DNA of 64,000 nt, taken from contig OZ024740.1 in NCBI GenBank assembly GCA_964016885.1, forward strand, positions 208,320,001 through 208,384,000. The letters are read 5' to 3'. Each line of letters starts with the position of its first letter. Within the stretch, counting starts at the first letter, position 1. The position numbers and the translations under genes were made by a program. This stretch comes from Eledone cirrhosa. Lineage: Eukaryota. The notes under the pieces are model-generated. The model was given only the letters and a program-made list of their open reading frames with translations, was not told the DNA's origin and ran no database searches. This document shows positions 43,426 through 58,304 of the stretch, piece after piece.

Positions 43426-45563
43426 TAATAAAAACAATGAATAAAAACAAAGAACAAGTTCCTTATATTAAAAAATTCATCATTTTACGATCGTTTCTAG
43501 GATATATATGTGTGTTGGTATGCATATCATATAGATCTATGTAAAAATATTACAAACTATCAGAGGAAATATACATAGCTTCACATATATATGCTGTCTT
43601 CAGAAATAATTATATTTGTTTATTGAAAGAAAAACAACAAAGATTTAATATAGTAGGTCTGTTTGGGAACAGGTTTTGAATTGACCAATAGGAAAGTAGT
43701 AAGAGGTCAAGTTGATAGAATAGTAGAAATTTAATTTAGGGGTAGAGGAATGCAGACTTTAGAGGTAGAGGAATGTAGATTTAAGTTTTGAATAAAAACT
43801 TTTTTGAATAAAACATTTTTTACTATCCTAGAGAAAAACTTCCAGCCAAACCATAAATACCATCAAATTTTAAATAGATCAACTGTCAAATTTTCCTACT
43901 CCACTACCAAAAATATACAACAAAATATAAGTGCGTACAATGGATATAAATGTAAAAAAAAAACACGAATATACGACCAACACATCAAACCAACCATAAT
44001 ACTAAAATAAACCGAAACAAACCACCATCTCCTTCACATATAACAAGTCGAGTAAATTCCACACCAAATTTGAATAACTCCCCTGATATAATATTCACGA
44101 ATGGTTGTAACTGTAGAAACAAAAGAAATTGCCCATTAAAGGGAAATTGTCTTATTAATAACATAGTATATAAATGTAAAATTAGCACCAAGGAGTCAAC
44201 TTATTCATATATAGGAGCTACGTCTAACCAATTTAAAGTAAGATTTAATACCCACAATCATAGTTTTTAAAATGCCGCATTAGATAATACATCCTTGGCT
44301 GAAACAATTAATAATTATAGAAAAAAAGAATATCGATTACAACCTGACCTGGAGTGTGCTCAAAAGGGCCACGCCTTATCAAAATAACAGATATGAGTGT
44401 AGATTATGCTCCCAGGAACTTTTTGAAATAATGAAATCTAAGGATATCCTATTAAATAAGCGACAAGTATTAATTATATCTTGCAATCATAGAATTAGAA
44501 GAACTTTCAAATATTATAAACCTAATTAATATATAAATACACTTATATTTTACATATTATTATAATTAGTTTTTTTAATTTAGTTAACCTATAATTAGTA
44601 CTTTACTACAGAGAACTTCATAATTTTATTTCCCTCTTACAGCTCTCTTTTCCTAAAATTAATACCTAAAAGTATACATATAAATTAATTTAATTTCCTG
44701 TTATGAATCTAGATTCCTTGTTATCTATATAAGATTGGTATTTCTCACTACTACACTTATCCCAAAATTTTATTTTCCTTCGTTTTTAACATTCTTTAAT
44801 AACATCTAATTCTTATTTATCACATCCATATGAATTAATATAAATTTATCCCTATAAGTATACCTATCAATTAATTTAATTTCTTGTTATAGATCTAAAT
44901 TCCTTGTGTTTTAAATAAGATTGGTATTTCCCACTAATACCTTTACCCTAAAATTTTACTCTCCTTCGGTTTTAACATTAACATTATTCTTTAATAGCAT
45001 CAAACTTTCGTGTTTCCTTCACCGGCTTGACCTCTTTTCATCCCCAAAGTATTCTTTTCAGTCAAAGTATTTTTTCCATTCAAAACTTAAGTCTGCATTC
45101 CTCTACCCCTAAATTAAATTTCTACTACTATTATTCTATCAACTTGACCTCTTACTACTTTTCTATTGGTCAATTCAAAACCTATTCCCAAACAGACCTA
45201 TTATATTAAATCTTTGTTGCGTTTTTTTTTCAATAAACAAATCTCATTATTTCTGAAGACAGCATATATATGTGAATGTATGTATATTTCCTCTGATAGT
45301 TTGTAATATTTTTACATAGATCTATATGATATACATACCAACACACATATATATCCTAGAAACGATCGTAAAATGATGAATTTTTTAATATAAGGAACTT
45401 GTTCTTTGTTTTTATTCATTGTTTTTATTAATTTATCTTCACTCTGTTTTCCTGTGATTTTCATCGAAAATTTTTGAATGGATCTTCTCTTTTCATGATA
45501 TTTGGATTACATTGAGTTCTTCATACGGATTGGACACTACCGTATATTTTGGTAGATTTATCT

Positions 45564-45564
<1 letters not shown>
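43421..45564 (+). mobile_element. 5'-truncated PLE with ~340-bp inverted arms, tail on the right
   Basis: GIY-YIG remnants at 43804-44527 (CNCRNKRNCPLKGNC..IVYKC..YIGAT..FKVRF). Arms 43421-43759 and 45088-45435. The tail has CATTGAGTTCT. Confidence 0.85.
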
Positions 45565-45646
<82 letters not shown>

Positions 45647-45772
45647 CACAGATTACAATATATAATCAAGATATATCATATATTAAGATATTATGATATA
45701 TCATATATGATACCTTACTGGAATATATAAATATTTCACCTGATTTCTGGAAGTGTTGTCGTAAATACTCAC

Positions 45773-45947
45773 ATTTGTCTTTTTCTTTGCAGAATCTTTC
45801 GGCCTGAGACTTTTTAGAGAAGACGTCTTCACACTTGGAGGAAAACATCTTGATCTTTTCTTACGAGATTCTCGTCTACGTTGGGGAGACTTCTGGGTCT
45901 CGGTTTTGATTTCGGAATCTGAATCACTGTCGCTATCACTAGAACTA
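45773..45947 (-). CDS. Candidate host exon (phase 2-0): SSSDSDSDSDSEIKTETQKSPQRRRESRKKRSR...KKKTN
   Basis: CAG acceptor after a long AG-free stretch and AAT|GTGAGT donor. Its phase matches the 46774-46650 exon. Acidic/Ser run, IKTE and basic NLS-like cluster. Confidence 0.65.
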
Positions 45948-46649
45948 CTGTTATTGTGTAGCAGTTGATTGGTTGGTTATTTGGTTGGATCGTTGGATGG
46001 TTGGTTGGATGGTTTCGGCGAAAGATGAATAAATAAAGAGTTTAATAAACAATGTATATATGAGAGTAATGTTATATATGTAATTCTATCTAAACATATC
46101 TAAACTAAACTCATGTTAACCACGAACTGAAGCAAATGTAAATCATTATCCTAACATCAACCACACCTACACATACAACACAATACGCCCCACCCGCCAT
46201 ACACCCACCCAACATACACTGCATCCACCAGATCCCCCACCCACCAGACACCCCACCCACCATACACATATCTATACACTCGTTATTGAATTTAAAGTCG
46301 GTTGCGTGTGTAAATGAGTTGCTGTGCAACAGCTGAAGACTCAAACATGAGAAAATCAGCTTCGAGGAATCAGCCTGTGTCCAGATTAATGTTTAGGCTC
46401 TTACACAGATAATCAGTTAAATAAGTGAAATAGCATTTGAAATTCGACAGGTGATCTTCACCTTACACTCTATAGATTGAAAATCAGTGCTGCGAAAGCT
46501 GAGACGTTCGTCCTCTCAAGTTAGCTGGTTACATTCATCACAAAAGAAGCTACCATAATGTGTCCATGACCAATATATTTAACAGTCATGTAAAAGATCA
46601 ATATCAATTAGATGTAATGAAGGCAAAGGAAGAACAGGATGAGACTCAC

Positions 46650-46774
46650 TCAGACTCCATTAAAACTTCAGTGGCATTCAGACTCAGTAGTAGGTTCAGA
46701 CAACCATTCACTGTTTGTAGAGGGTTAGTGGTCGTTTCATCCAACTGGCCTTCTCTTTCATCTATCAACAGCTC
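46650..46774 (-). CDS. Candidate host exon (phase 0-2): ELLIDEREGQLDETTTNPLQTVNGCLNLLLSLNATEVLMES
   Basis: Pyrimidine tract plus AAATAG acceptor, GA|GTGAGT donor and an open frame. Confidence 0.62.
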
Positions 46775-47047
46775 CTATTTTAACAACGAGAAAAGGGGAT
46801 GTGAAATATATATATATTGAAGAAATAAGTTACTTATACGTTGTTCGTTACATTGTAACTTCTTGAGGATAAGTTGGCATCACAACAGGATGGTAATACA
46901 TGACCAGCGACATATCCCAACGATTGCATAACTACACCTTTGATTGCATAAGGATCTGATGAAGTCACATGCATAATCATGTAACAGAAATATGTATCAT
47001 GCAATAAAGCAATTATGGTGAAAAAACCCATCTTAACTACTCTTATT

Positions 47048-47119
<72 letters not shown>

Positions 47120-47128
47120 GTGTGTGTG

Positions 47129-47892
<764 letters not shown>

Positions 47893-48164
47893 GTCTGCGG
47901 TACTGAGACCAGGAAGACTACAAATCAAAGAAGTACAGAGTACATGGTAAGATGCAGAGTGGGTATATTAGTGAGAGTAGAGAATCGGCGGTTTCGGCTA
48001 ATTACGTCTTCTGAAAACTGGCTGAGACCGCCGGGCACGTGGTAGATACTCTACTTTCACTAATATATATACATACATACATACATACATACATACATAC
48101 ATACATACATACATACATACATACATACATACATACATACATACATACATACATACATACATAC

Positions 48165-48802
48165 ACTAAAAGTTGCAGCAATGTGGAAGACATATACATA
48201 CAAAATATGAAAGAGCACTGGTGGAATGTTCCAGTAAAAACCCCAATAAAATGCAAACATAACAGACCAGATATAATGATATGGAACAGGGAGAAGAAAG
48301 CATGCACAGTAGTGGAAATTATCTGCTTATCAGATGCCAATATAATATTAAAGATTAGCGAAAAAGAGAATATCTATGCAGAACTAACGAGAAATCTGCA
48401 GATACTCCACCCTACTATACCTTCAAATTTATACCTGTGATTATTGGGGCACTGGGGTATGTTAGTAACTACCTCAATACAAATCTTGGGGAGCTGAGCT
48501 TCACAGTAACAGAAAGAAAAGGACTAGTTAGGAAATTACAAGTACAATCCATTCATTGAACAATAAAATTATGTAAAACATTACAAAAATTGTGCATCTA
48601 ATAACAGCATGTACACATGTACAGATACAAAGCATATGCACATGCACACATATAACTCAAAACATACACCTCCACGCATACAATAACATCCATACCTGCA
48701 CACACATGCATGCAGATATGCATACATATCTACCTAGTTGATGTTGTGTAAATTCCAAAGAGAGAGTCTTGTTTCTATGTTAGAAACCGATTCTCTCTCT
48801 AT
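48165..48802 (+). mobile_element. R4/Dong-like copy 3 (3' end), continuing at 53378-53420
   Basis: HWWNVPVK..HNRPDIMIW follows (TACA)n. The 3' UTR matches copies 1 and 2. Confidence 0.85.
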
Positions 48803-49334
48803 ATCCTAAACCGACGGTAGTCGGTTTAGTAATATTGTTGTCTTAGTGATTTCGTTGGCAATCGTCTCTTTACAGCATTATTAGAATGTCTTCCGATTAT
48901 CAAAATCACATGAAAGTTATATGAGCATGGAGAGTAAATCATTGCACATCTCTTAAGCTAAAAATCTCGAAATTTCGTTCAGCACAAAAAAAGTTATGAT
49001 CAAAGTTTGCTGAAAAAAACTGTGTTCAAGTGAGTAAGTGAGTGAGTAAGGGTGACGCTCTGTGCATTTTCTCTTCTTCCGACTCCAATAATCCCCCTCC
49101 TCCTCCACTTGTTTTGTTCCTCTTTCTCCCCCCCCCCCCCCTCCCTCATCATCATTTTCTTCTTCTTCTTCTTCTTCTTCTTCGTGTAAATATCAAGAAA
49201 TAAATGATTATTGTTGTTTTATTAAGAAATGTTTGGTTCTGGTGTTGGTATTATTAAATAAGTATGTATAATGTCTATGTATAAATGCATATAACCTTCA
49301 TAAATATGATTATACTTGTATGTTTGTATGAACG

Positions 49335-49395
<61 letters not shown>

Positions 49396-50002
49396 TTTCG
49401 TACTCATTACGCATGTACGCAAATATGATTTAAATACTTAAATTGTATAAATCGGAGATTACATCTGGTATATATCCAATATAGTATGCAAGTGAACATT
49501 TTGTTTGCAAATTAGATTTTAGATATGTACGCAACATATTAATTTTTTCATTTGTATATATATATATATATATCCTAAACCGACGGTAGTCGGTTTAGTT
49601 TAGTAGTAATATTGTTGTCTTAGTGATTTCGTTGGCAATCGTCTCTTTACAGCATTATTAGAATGTCTTCCGATTATCAAAATCACATGAAAGTTATATG
49701 AGCATGGAGAGTAAATCATTGCACATCTCTTAAGCTAAAAATCTCGAAATTTCGTTCAGCACAAATATTGTTGTCTTAGTGATTTCGTTGGCAATCGTCT
49801 CTTTACAGCATTATTAGAATGTCTTCCGATTATCAAAATCACATGAAAGTTATATGAGCATGGAGAGTAAATCATTGCACATCTCTTAAGCTAAAAATCT
49901 CGAAATTTCGTTCAGCACAAAAAAAGTTATGATCAAAGTTTGCTGAAAAAAACTGTGTTCAAGTGAGTAAGTGAGTGAGTAAGGGTGACGCTCTGTGCAT
50001 TT
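48803..50002. repeat. Duplicated ~260-bp element end starting with a 10-bp hairpin
   Basis: CTAAACCGAC-ggta-GTCGGTTTAG at 48806 and 49575. The second copy has an internal ~155-bp tandem duplication. Confidence 0.8.
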
Positions 50003-50040
50003 GATGCATCTCTTGGGACCGGTCAGAGGAGGATAAGGGG

Positions 50041-50613
50041 TTATTCGGGGTGCGGCGCTTATTCGAACCCTCCCCCAGTGACTGCGATTATTCGGGGTGA
50101 GACGCTTATTCGAACCCCCCCCCCCGCTTATTCGAACCCTCCCCCCAGTGACTGCGATTATTCGGGGTGCGGCGCTTATTCGAACCCTCCCCCCAGTGAC
50201 TGCGGTTATTCGGGGTGCGGCGCTTATTCGAACCCTCCCCCCAGTGACTGCGATTATTCGGGGTGCGGCGCTTATTCGAACCCTCCCCCCAGTGACTGCG
50301 GTTATTCGGGGTGCGGCGCTTATTCGAACCCTCCCCCAGTGACTGCGATTATTCGGGGTGCGGCGCTTATTCGAACCCCCCCCCCCCCCACAGTGACTGC
50401 GGTTATTCGGGGTGCGGCGCTTATTCGAACCCCCCCCCCCCCCACAGTGACTGCGATTATTCGGGGTGAGGCGCTTATTCGAACCCTCCCCCAGTGACTG
50501 CTGTTATTTGGGGTGAGGGTCTTATTCGAACCCCCCCTAGTGACTGCGGTTATTCGGGGTGCGGTGGTTATTTGAACCCCCCCCCCCCCCCCCCCCCAGT
50601 GACTGCGGTTATT
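50041..50613. repeat. 48-bp GC-rich tandem repeat (TTATTCGGGGTGCGGCGCTTATTCGAACCCTCCCCCCAGTGACTGCG)
   Basis: About 12 units, period 47-48. Resembles transposon subterminal arrays. Confidence 0.9.
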
Positions 50614-51521
50614 TTTTTGAATTTGAATTTTAAATGTTGATACAATGTGGCAGTAAACATTAATCATTGAGCTAATTAGGAGCTATTATGTTCTCCTATC
50701 TCGCGATAAGTGGTCACACGTTGCAAACTAGTTGAGGTTGTCTTCTATTTATATTCAAATGAGTAATCACTCACTGCATTGTTCTCTTTCAAAGCAGTCG
50801 CTGATTGATATACTAGAAATTCAGAAAATCATTTGGATTTGTACTAATAGTTGTGAATAGTTGTGCTATTTTTTGTACCGATAGGTGCGAGTAGTGAACT
50901 CATTTGCGATAGGTGCGAATAGTGTGCTCATTTGACATATGAAAATGACGTCTCTCGGCTTTTTTATCGGCTTATTTATTTTGACTATTACAAATGAAAA
51001 ATTTGTTTCCCTGCAAAAGTCTCGCCAAAATGGTCGCAAAAAAAATCGCAAAAGGTCACTTCATACGTTTCGCGGCTTTCGAAAAAAGTCACCATATACG
51101 TTTCGCGGCTTTTTGATCGGCTTATTACTTTTTTGCCTGGCGCGAAAATGCAATATTTCCATTTCGAAAATGAAACAATTCCACAATCGGGCAATTCGAA
51201 TGATGAAATTCACATTCAGGCGGCTTTTTACAAATCCAATAAACGAATTTACCCGATTTCCAATCAGAAATATAGAACACGTGCACTGATCTTATCATTG
51301 CTTATTATCGGTTGTGTTGAATTAAATCCTGGACCTGAATTTGAATTCAATGAGACTGATAGTGCTTCCGAATGTCCCAAAGATCAAAAAATTCATAAAG
51401 AGAATGAAAAACGGAGAAAAAATGCCATTAGGAATAGGGAGTATAAAAAACGGAAAGCTGCTGAAATAAAAGAAAAAAGACAATCAGAACAAGCAAAACA
51501 TATGAATAATGCATACCAAAA

Positions 51522-51790
51522 AGCGCGTGAAGAAAATACAAAAATCCAAAAAAAAATTATCATGTGAAAAATTGACAAAAAATCGACAAAAATGGCGTGC
51601 GTGAAGAAAATCCAAAAATCCAAAAAAAAATTATCATGTGAAAAATTGACAAAAAATCGACAAAAATGGCGCGCGTGAAAAAAAATCAAAAAAACCCAAA
51701 AAAATTTGCATGTGAAAAATTGACAAAAAATCGACCAAAAATGGCGCGCGTGAAAAAAATCCCAAAAAAATTTGCATGTGAAAATTGATA
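51522..51790. repeat. ~72-bp tandem repeat (GCGCGTGAAAAAAA..CATGTGAAAAATTGACAAAAAATCGAC)
   Basis: About 4 units. Confidence 0.8.
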
Positions 51791-52254
51791 TTTGCCTTCT
51801 ATTGCATTAGAATTTGTCATGTTTAATTAAAATGTTATTTTCAACTAAATGCAAATGGTGCAAATTTGCTCCATTTAGATTCAGTTGTTAATGCTCACCT
51901 ACTAATTTAAAAAAATTGTATTTTCTTAAATGACTCTTATTTATCATAAGTTAATATTTTTAAGATAGGTGAGTGCTCCACGATCTGACCTATGTCCCCG
52001 CCATGTGGAGTGGATGCTTGTACCAATTAGATAAAATATCTCAACTTATTTCTGTGACTCCAATGCACAGGCTGACACTGTAGCTTGAATTAAATTCAAA
52101 ATTGGTACAAGTAACTAAGAGGTCACAAAAGAATAGCTTCACTTTCACCTATAGTTTTCATTAACATCATTTTTGGGATTTTTTGATAGAAGTAACTAAA
52201 GTAATAACTATTTAATTAAGTAGTTGTTGTTTGCATTGCCTTGAAAAATAGGAA

Positions 52255-53371
52255 ACTAGCTAGAAAAATGCGTACAGCAAAAAAAAGTAATATTGTTGGA
52301 ACAAACCTTTAAAAATACAGGACAAGGAAGTAAGATAAACCTTTAAAAATACAGGACAAAGAACTAAGATAAAACTTTAAAAGAATAGGACAAGGAATAT
52401 AAATTTTTACAATAATATTAGTGGCAAAAATTTTATTGGAAAAATAGATAATTGATCAAATAAAAGTGATTTATTTGAGTAACATGAAATTACTTAATGA
52501 GAAATATCAATACAATGAAATTGATCCCTGTCTTGTGTTCCTCCTCCAAGTCCGAGTTGTACCAACTGGTTCATTGGTTCATGAGGAAGTGGGCCAGGAA
52601 AAATGTAGGAAAAGTCATCATGGTTCATTTCTGTTCTTCCCTTCTACTCGAGCCCCCTCAGCGCCTGCATCCCCCAGCTACAATGACTCCCAAATCAGCA
52701 GTCTGTTGCTCCTGCACCAACGCCTCCACCTCCTCCCCCCTCGTCGCCTGCTTCAACTTTCATCATTGCTGCGCCAACATGCCCAGTGCTGTCTGGAAGT
52801 GGTTCAACGAGTCCGGCGCCGGCTTCACCTGCTTCAAGTGCTCTCCCAGGAAGAAGCACTCTGCCCTATCCACCTGCCCTTCTACCACTGCCCATGAAGC
52901 CAGTCCGGAACCGTCAACCGTGCCTCAAAGTGTCATCGAGGACCAGCAGGATTCCGAGTCGAACACGGGCCCATTCACCTTGGTCACTCGCCGTCATCGT
53001 CCCAGAGTCAAGACCCGTACCCCTCCCTCTCCCCCTCCAGTTCCTGCTCCGACCCAGTCCGAGTTGCGCCGGGTCATCCGCGAGGAGTTGGACCGGGAAA
53101 GATGACAGACAAGTGATCATGGTTGGAGTGGATGCATGCGGAACATCATAGTTGTAATTGGTGTAATGATGGAAACTCAATTTTTTACCAATTGAATTTT
53201 GCCACTAATATTATTGTAAAAATTTATATTCCTTGTCCTATTCTTTTAAAGTTTTATCTTAGTTCTTTGTCCTGTATTTTTAAAGGTTTATCTTACTTCC
53301 TTGTCCTGTATTTTTAAAGGTTTGTTCCAACAATATTACTTTTTTTTGCTGTACGCATTTTTCTAGCTAGT
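52255..53371. mobile_element. 1.1-kb unit with 175-bp inverted repeats enclosing a LINE ORF1 fragment
   Basis: Arms 52255-52429 and 53197-53371, ending in CTAGCTAGT. Confidence 0.75.
52640..53135 (+). pseudogene. CR1/L2-like ORF1 fragment (PHD-like finger, then IREELDRER..VIMVG)
   Basis: GC-rich island. CCSC..C..FHHCC..FTCFKC spacing and a coiled-coil-to-RRM junction motif typical of LINE ORF1. Confidence 0.55.
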
Positions 53372-53708
53372 ATATATATTGGTAAAATGTTTTTAAATTA
53401 TAAAACCAGAAGAACATACATAAAAAGTGTGTACATACATAAAAACACTATAAAACAGAATTAATATTCTTCATAATATCAGGCTAACAAATACAGTACA
53501 GATAGTCGAAAATGTTTCAGACTGGGTCCCTAAAACGGGAGATAACATCTGTTAGGCCTTCAAAGTGTTATATTTAGAAATAGCGTGAAATACAGGACAG
53601 AAGTCACATATGCCAGTATAAAACAAATGCCATCTACAAACATACTCCGTAAAGTACATACTAAAGCATTAATAAATAGGGGAAAAGTACGTTCACAAAC
53701 ATTTATAC

Positions 53709-53767
<59 letters not shown>

Positions 53768-55763
53768 CGTGAGTGAATAACAATAATATATTATAAAAAT
53801 ATAATATTATTAATATTCGGTTTGTTTACAAGTAAACAGCCTCATAAAACACCATGTTAAGAGCGAAAACAAATTTTGTTATATAGATGCTGTGCGCTCT
53901 CTTGCTGCATTAAGTGTGGCCGAAACTCGAGTACGAGTATAAATTTATGGTATCCATTTACGTGTTGTATTGAAGCAAATAACTTTGTGTCTACTCTGGG
54001 ATTTTTACATAACCTTACCTATTGGTGGTGCTATTAAGTTAGACATGGCCTGGGCCAATACTGGTCGAAACCTATCAAAGTTATCGAAGTCAAAGTTATT
54101 GAGTACGCTGAGATGCAACCGGTACTAGCAGGGAAAACTTATGCTAGTCCCGTCAACTTATTATTATATATATATGTGTGTGTGTGTGTAGTTTAGGGAT
54201 TGTAACGTCAAGTTAGTGTTGCACTCGATGTATAGTTTCTAGTGTGTACTTTTGGGTTGTACTAAGCAGAGTGTAATAGTAATAACAAGTACAGACGAGG
54301 TGTCAAATTATCATTCGTTGTACGTGAAACATTCTGTCATTAAGCAAACAGAAGTCAAAAACTTCAGCTAGGCTTCAACATTCCAAAAGGATGCTGTTAC
54401 ATGTTGCCCATAAAGAAAACAGTATCAATGACCAGGTTTCAAAAAGTGCGACGAATCTTTTGACATAAAGTAATAAATGATAAATGACAGTGAATTTAGC
54501 AGTTAGAATTTGTGTGATTTGAAAGACTAACAACTTCTCCGTGATGTAATATTTGTTTTGGTTTTAGCAGAGGGTCTTAGATCAAGTTAATTGCCAGACA
54601 AAGTTTCGAAACTTTTAACTTTATATAATTATTTTTTTCTTGGGTATGACATTAAACTGCATCCATTGGCAAGGCTCCAGTTCGGGATCTCAGGAGCTGT
54701 GGGGAATGTGGAGTTACCCCTTAGTTGTTATCACTCCCAGGTCTGTTCTGGCCCGGTGCAGTAGTACCTGTTAGGGCCTCATACATGGGTTAAATAATAA
54801 CCTTACTCGAGTGGCGCCGGTAAGGTATTATCAGCCATTGAAAAGAAAAGAAACATTTACAAAAGCTGTACTCAACACCTGTCTGAATTTCTGAGATAAT
54901 AAATTATGACTTTTAGAAACTGATATTTTCGATATGATTTCTCAATATACCTCATGTGAGTTTATTTAGAGATTGTTATAAATACAACTTTTCATCTTAA
55001 TATAGTTCATGTGAGTTTGTATAGAGATTGTTATAAACACAACTTTTCCACTATTTCACCCTCCGGCATTGTTCTGGTGCTTGTCATGTTCAGTTTGATG
55101 GCGGTACTTATTTCATTCTATTACTTATTATCGATCTCTGTTTCCCGAAGTACTACGTTACAGGACAAAAGTAAGAAAACCCACACACGCACGCACACAC
55201 GCACGCACACACACGTACACACAGACACATATAAACACATACACACAAAGCCTTTATGTAAACAACGGGAGTAGATTATTCTCATTGTGTTGTCCGTGCC
55301 CGGAATAACTAATGCGAGGATACTCCAAGTATTGGCAACGGAACAAGAATAATCTACCCTCGTGATTTAAATATAGGGAACAATTTAAAACCCCAATATT
55401 ACAGGCAGCTGAAGAAGGATTTTTATTTCCTTTCGTTCCCTTTAATTTTTTCGAAACTTATATTTAACATGATTTGACCAACAGAGGAAGGGCAGCACCC
55501 ATGAATTTTTTTAGGGTTTCAGGGTGCGAGTAATGGAAGAAGATATCCTGAAATTGTGAGTACCCTACTTGAGGTGCCCAAGGACCAGATGTTGGTGTTA
55601 ATCTCAGTGATGTTTTGTATATTTATTTTAAGGACCATGTAAGGATGAAATGCAAATCTAACAACGGCGGGGATTTAAACGCAGAACATAAAGTGACGTA
55701 ACTCTATGTTGCAAAGTATGTTGTCCGAAGCTCTACCGATTACTGCTAATCCTCCAAACAGGG

Positions 55764-56617
55764 ATAATAATAAGATAAAAATAAGATAATAATAAGATAA
55801 AAATAAGATAATAATAAGATAATAATAAGATAAAAATAAGATAATAATAAGATAATAATAAGATAAAAATAAGATAATAATAAGATAATAATAAGATAAA
55901 AATAAGATAATAATAAGATAATAATAAGATAATAATAAGATAATAATAAGATAAAAATAAGATAATAATAAGATAATAATAAGATAAAAATAAGATAATA
56001 ATAAGATAAAAATAAGATAATAATAAGATAATAATAAGATAAAAATAAGATAATAATAAGATAATAATAAGATAATAATAAGATAATAATAAGATAAAAA
56101 TAAGATAATAATAAGATAATAATAATATAAAAATAAGATAATAATAAGATAATAATAAGATAATAATAAGATAAAAATAAGATAATAATAAGATAATAAT
56201 AAGATAATAATAAGATAAAAATAAGATAATAATAAGATAATAATAAGATAATAATAAGATAATAATAAGATAATAATAAGATAATAATAAGATAATAATA
56301 AGATAAAAATAAGATAATAATAAGATAATAATAAGATAAAAATAAGATAATAATAAGATAATAATAAGATAATAATAAGATAATAATAAGATAATAATAA
56401 GATAAAAATAAGATAATAATAAGATAATAATAATATAAAAATAAGATAATAATAAGATAATAATAAGATAATAATAAGATAAAAATAAGATAAAAATAAG
56501 ATAATAATAAGATAATAATAAGATAAAAATAAGATAATAATAAGATAATAATAAGATAATAATAAGATAATAATAAGATAATAATAAGATAATAATAAGA
56601 TAATAATAAGATAATAA
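55764..56617. repeat. 11-bp satellite AATAATAAGAT / AAAAATAAGAT
   Basis: Continuous array. It explains the 304-aa YYYLIIILLLS ORF. Confidence 0.93.
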
Positions 56618-56782
56618 TTGTTTCTACTTTAGGCACAAGACCAGCAATTACCCAGTGCATAATAAGATAAAAATATTTGTTGTATCATACAGTTTTTACT
56701 TTAGAGTAATTAATATTTCCATAAAGTGCACAATTACAGGTGGATTTTAAAACAACTTACCTTTAATATATTGCCAGTTTAC

Positions 56783-56994
56783 GGTGGATGGGCAGTATCG
56801 GTAGAGCGTCAGACAACATGCTTTATGGTATAGAGTTACGTCCCTTTACGATCTGAGTTCAAATCCTACCGAGGTAGATTTACTTTTCATCTTTGCGGGG
56901 TCGATAAATAAAGAACCAGTAATGCACTGGGGTCGATTTAATCGACTTGCCTCTCCCCAAAAATTGTTGGCCTTGTACCTATATCAGAAACCAA
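56783..56994 (+). mobile_element. tRNA-derived SINE
   Basis: A-box-like GGCAGTATCGGTAGAGCG, B-box GTTCAAATCC, and GGGGTCGAT repeats. Partial copies near 55640-55745 and 57060-57150. Confidence 0.8.
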
Positions 56995-58259
56995 TATATT
57001 TCATGTTGAGAGCGGAGGTGGTGGTTACAGAATCTGTAATGCCTTGCAGTATTTGTTTCGACACTTTACGTTCTGATTTCAAATCCCGCCGAGATTAACT
57101 TTGATTTTCATCTTTTCCAACTTGATAAAATAAAGTAGCAGTCAAGTACTTTGTTTGCTATATTTCTTGTTGCAGTTGATCTTGTTTAGGATTATTCAGA
57201 TCTTACAAAGGTGTATTTCACGGGAGATTGCCTGTGTGTTTTAATAAAAAGGACTCCAGTCCTTTCATGCGTCAAATACTGAGTTGATTTAACCCACTGT
57301 ACCTTTCATTTAAAACATATTAGTGGGGGGGGGCTTTTCTGTTATGTTAAAATATCATTATACTTCTAATTGATTCACAATATATATCCACGTCCTCTAA
57401 ATTTCTAATATTGTGTTAATATAAAGACAAAATCGATTTTTTATCTATTGATTATGTAACTTTACGAAACAAAGTAACTATTGATTAGGTAAATAACTGT
57501 ATAGGCATATCAATGTTTTGTGTGGATGTATTGAATTATTAATAGCTTTCTCCTGTAATTATAATATATATTATAATTATTGTAATATGTTTAATAGAAA
57601 TCACTTCTGTCGCTGTTGTCATTCCTTCGGGGTACACGTGGCTGTGTAGACTCAATTTAACGACATAATTACTTCCTTACAACGACATAAATTCCTAAAC
57701 CCTGCTGACAATATATATATATATACGCACACACACACATACATATTCGCTTCACATATATACATACACACACATATACTAATATATACATACCTATAAA
57801 TACATATATACTTACATACACATACATATACACACATATACATTTCTATAAATACATATATACTCACATGCATACATGCATACATATACACACATACATG
57901 CATACACACACATAATTAGATATATACATACTTATAAATACATATATACTTACATACACATACATACACACACATTGATTTTGTGAAACAGTTTCTAAAA
58001 CTGTCTAGGTGTTTTCAGGCAGTTGCCCAATATAGGTTTGTTATTATTTTTCTTAATTTACTACTTTAAATTAAGTCTGGCAAACCATATTGCTGTAGTT
58101 AGTATTTTTTCAGCCTAGCAAACCTGGTCCTTACAATTCGGACACATATGTTTATATTAGTGTTCATCTCTCTTGTATATTCAATTATATTACACGGCTC
58201 GGAAAAGCTTTTTTCTTAGAGCTATTTAATTGTAAGAGACTACTTTGAGTTTCTAACTC

Positions 58260-58304
<45 letters not shown>

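Noticed and set aside
55746-56660. 304-aa hydrophobic ORF
   Set aside because: An 11-bp satellite read on its stop-free strand.
56783-56870. tRNA gene
   Set aside because: The A/B boxes belong to a SINE head and no cloverleaf forms.
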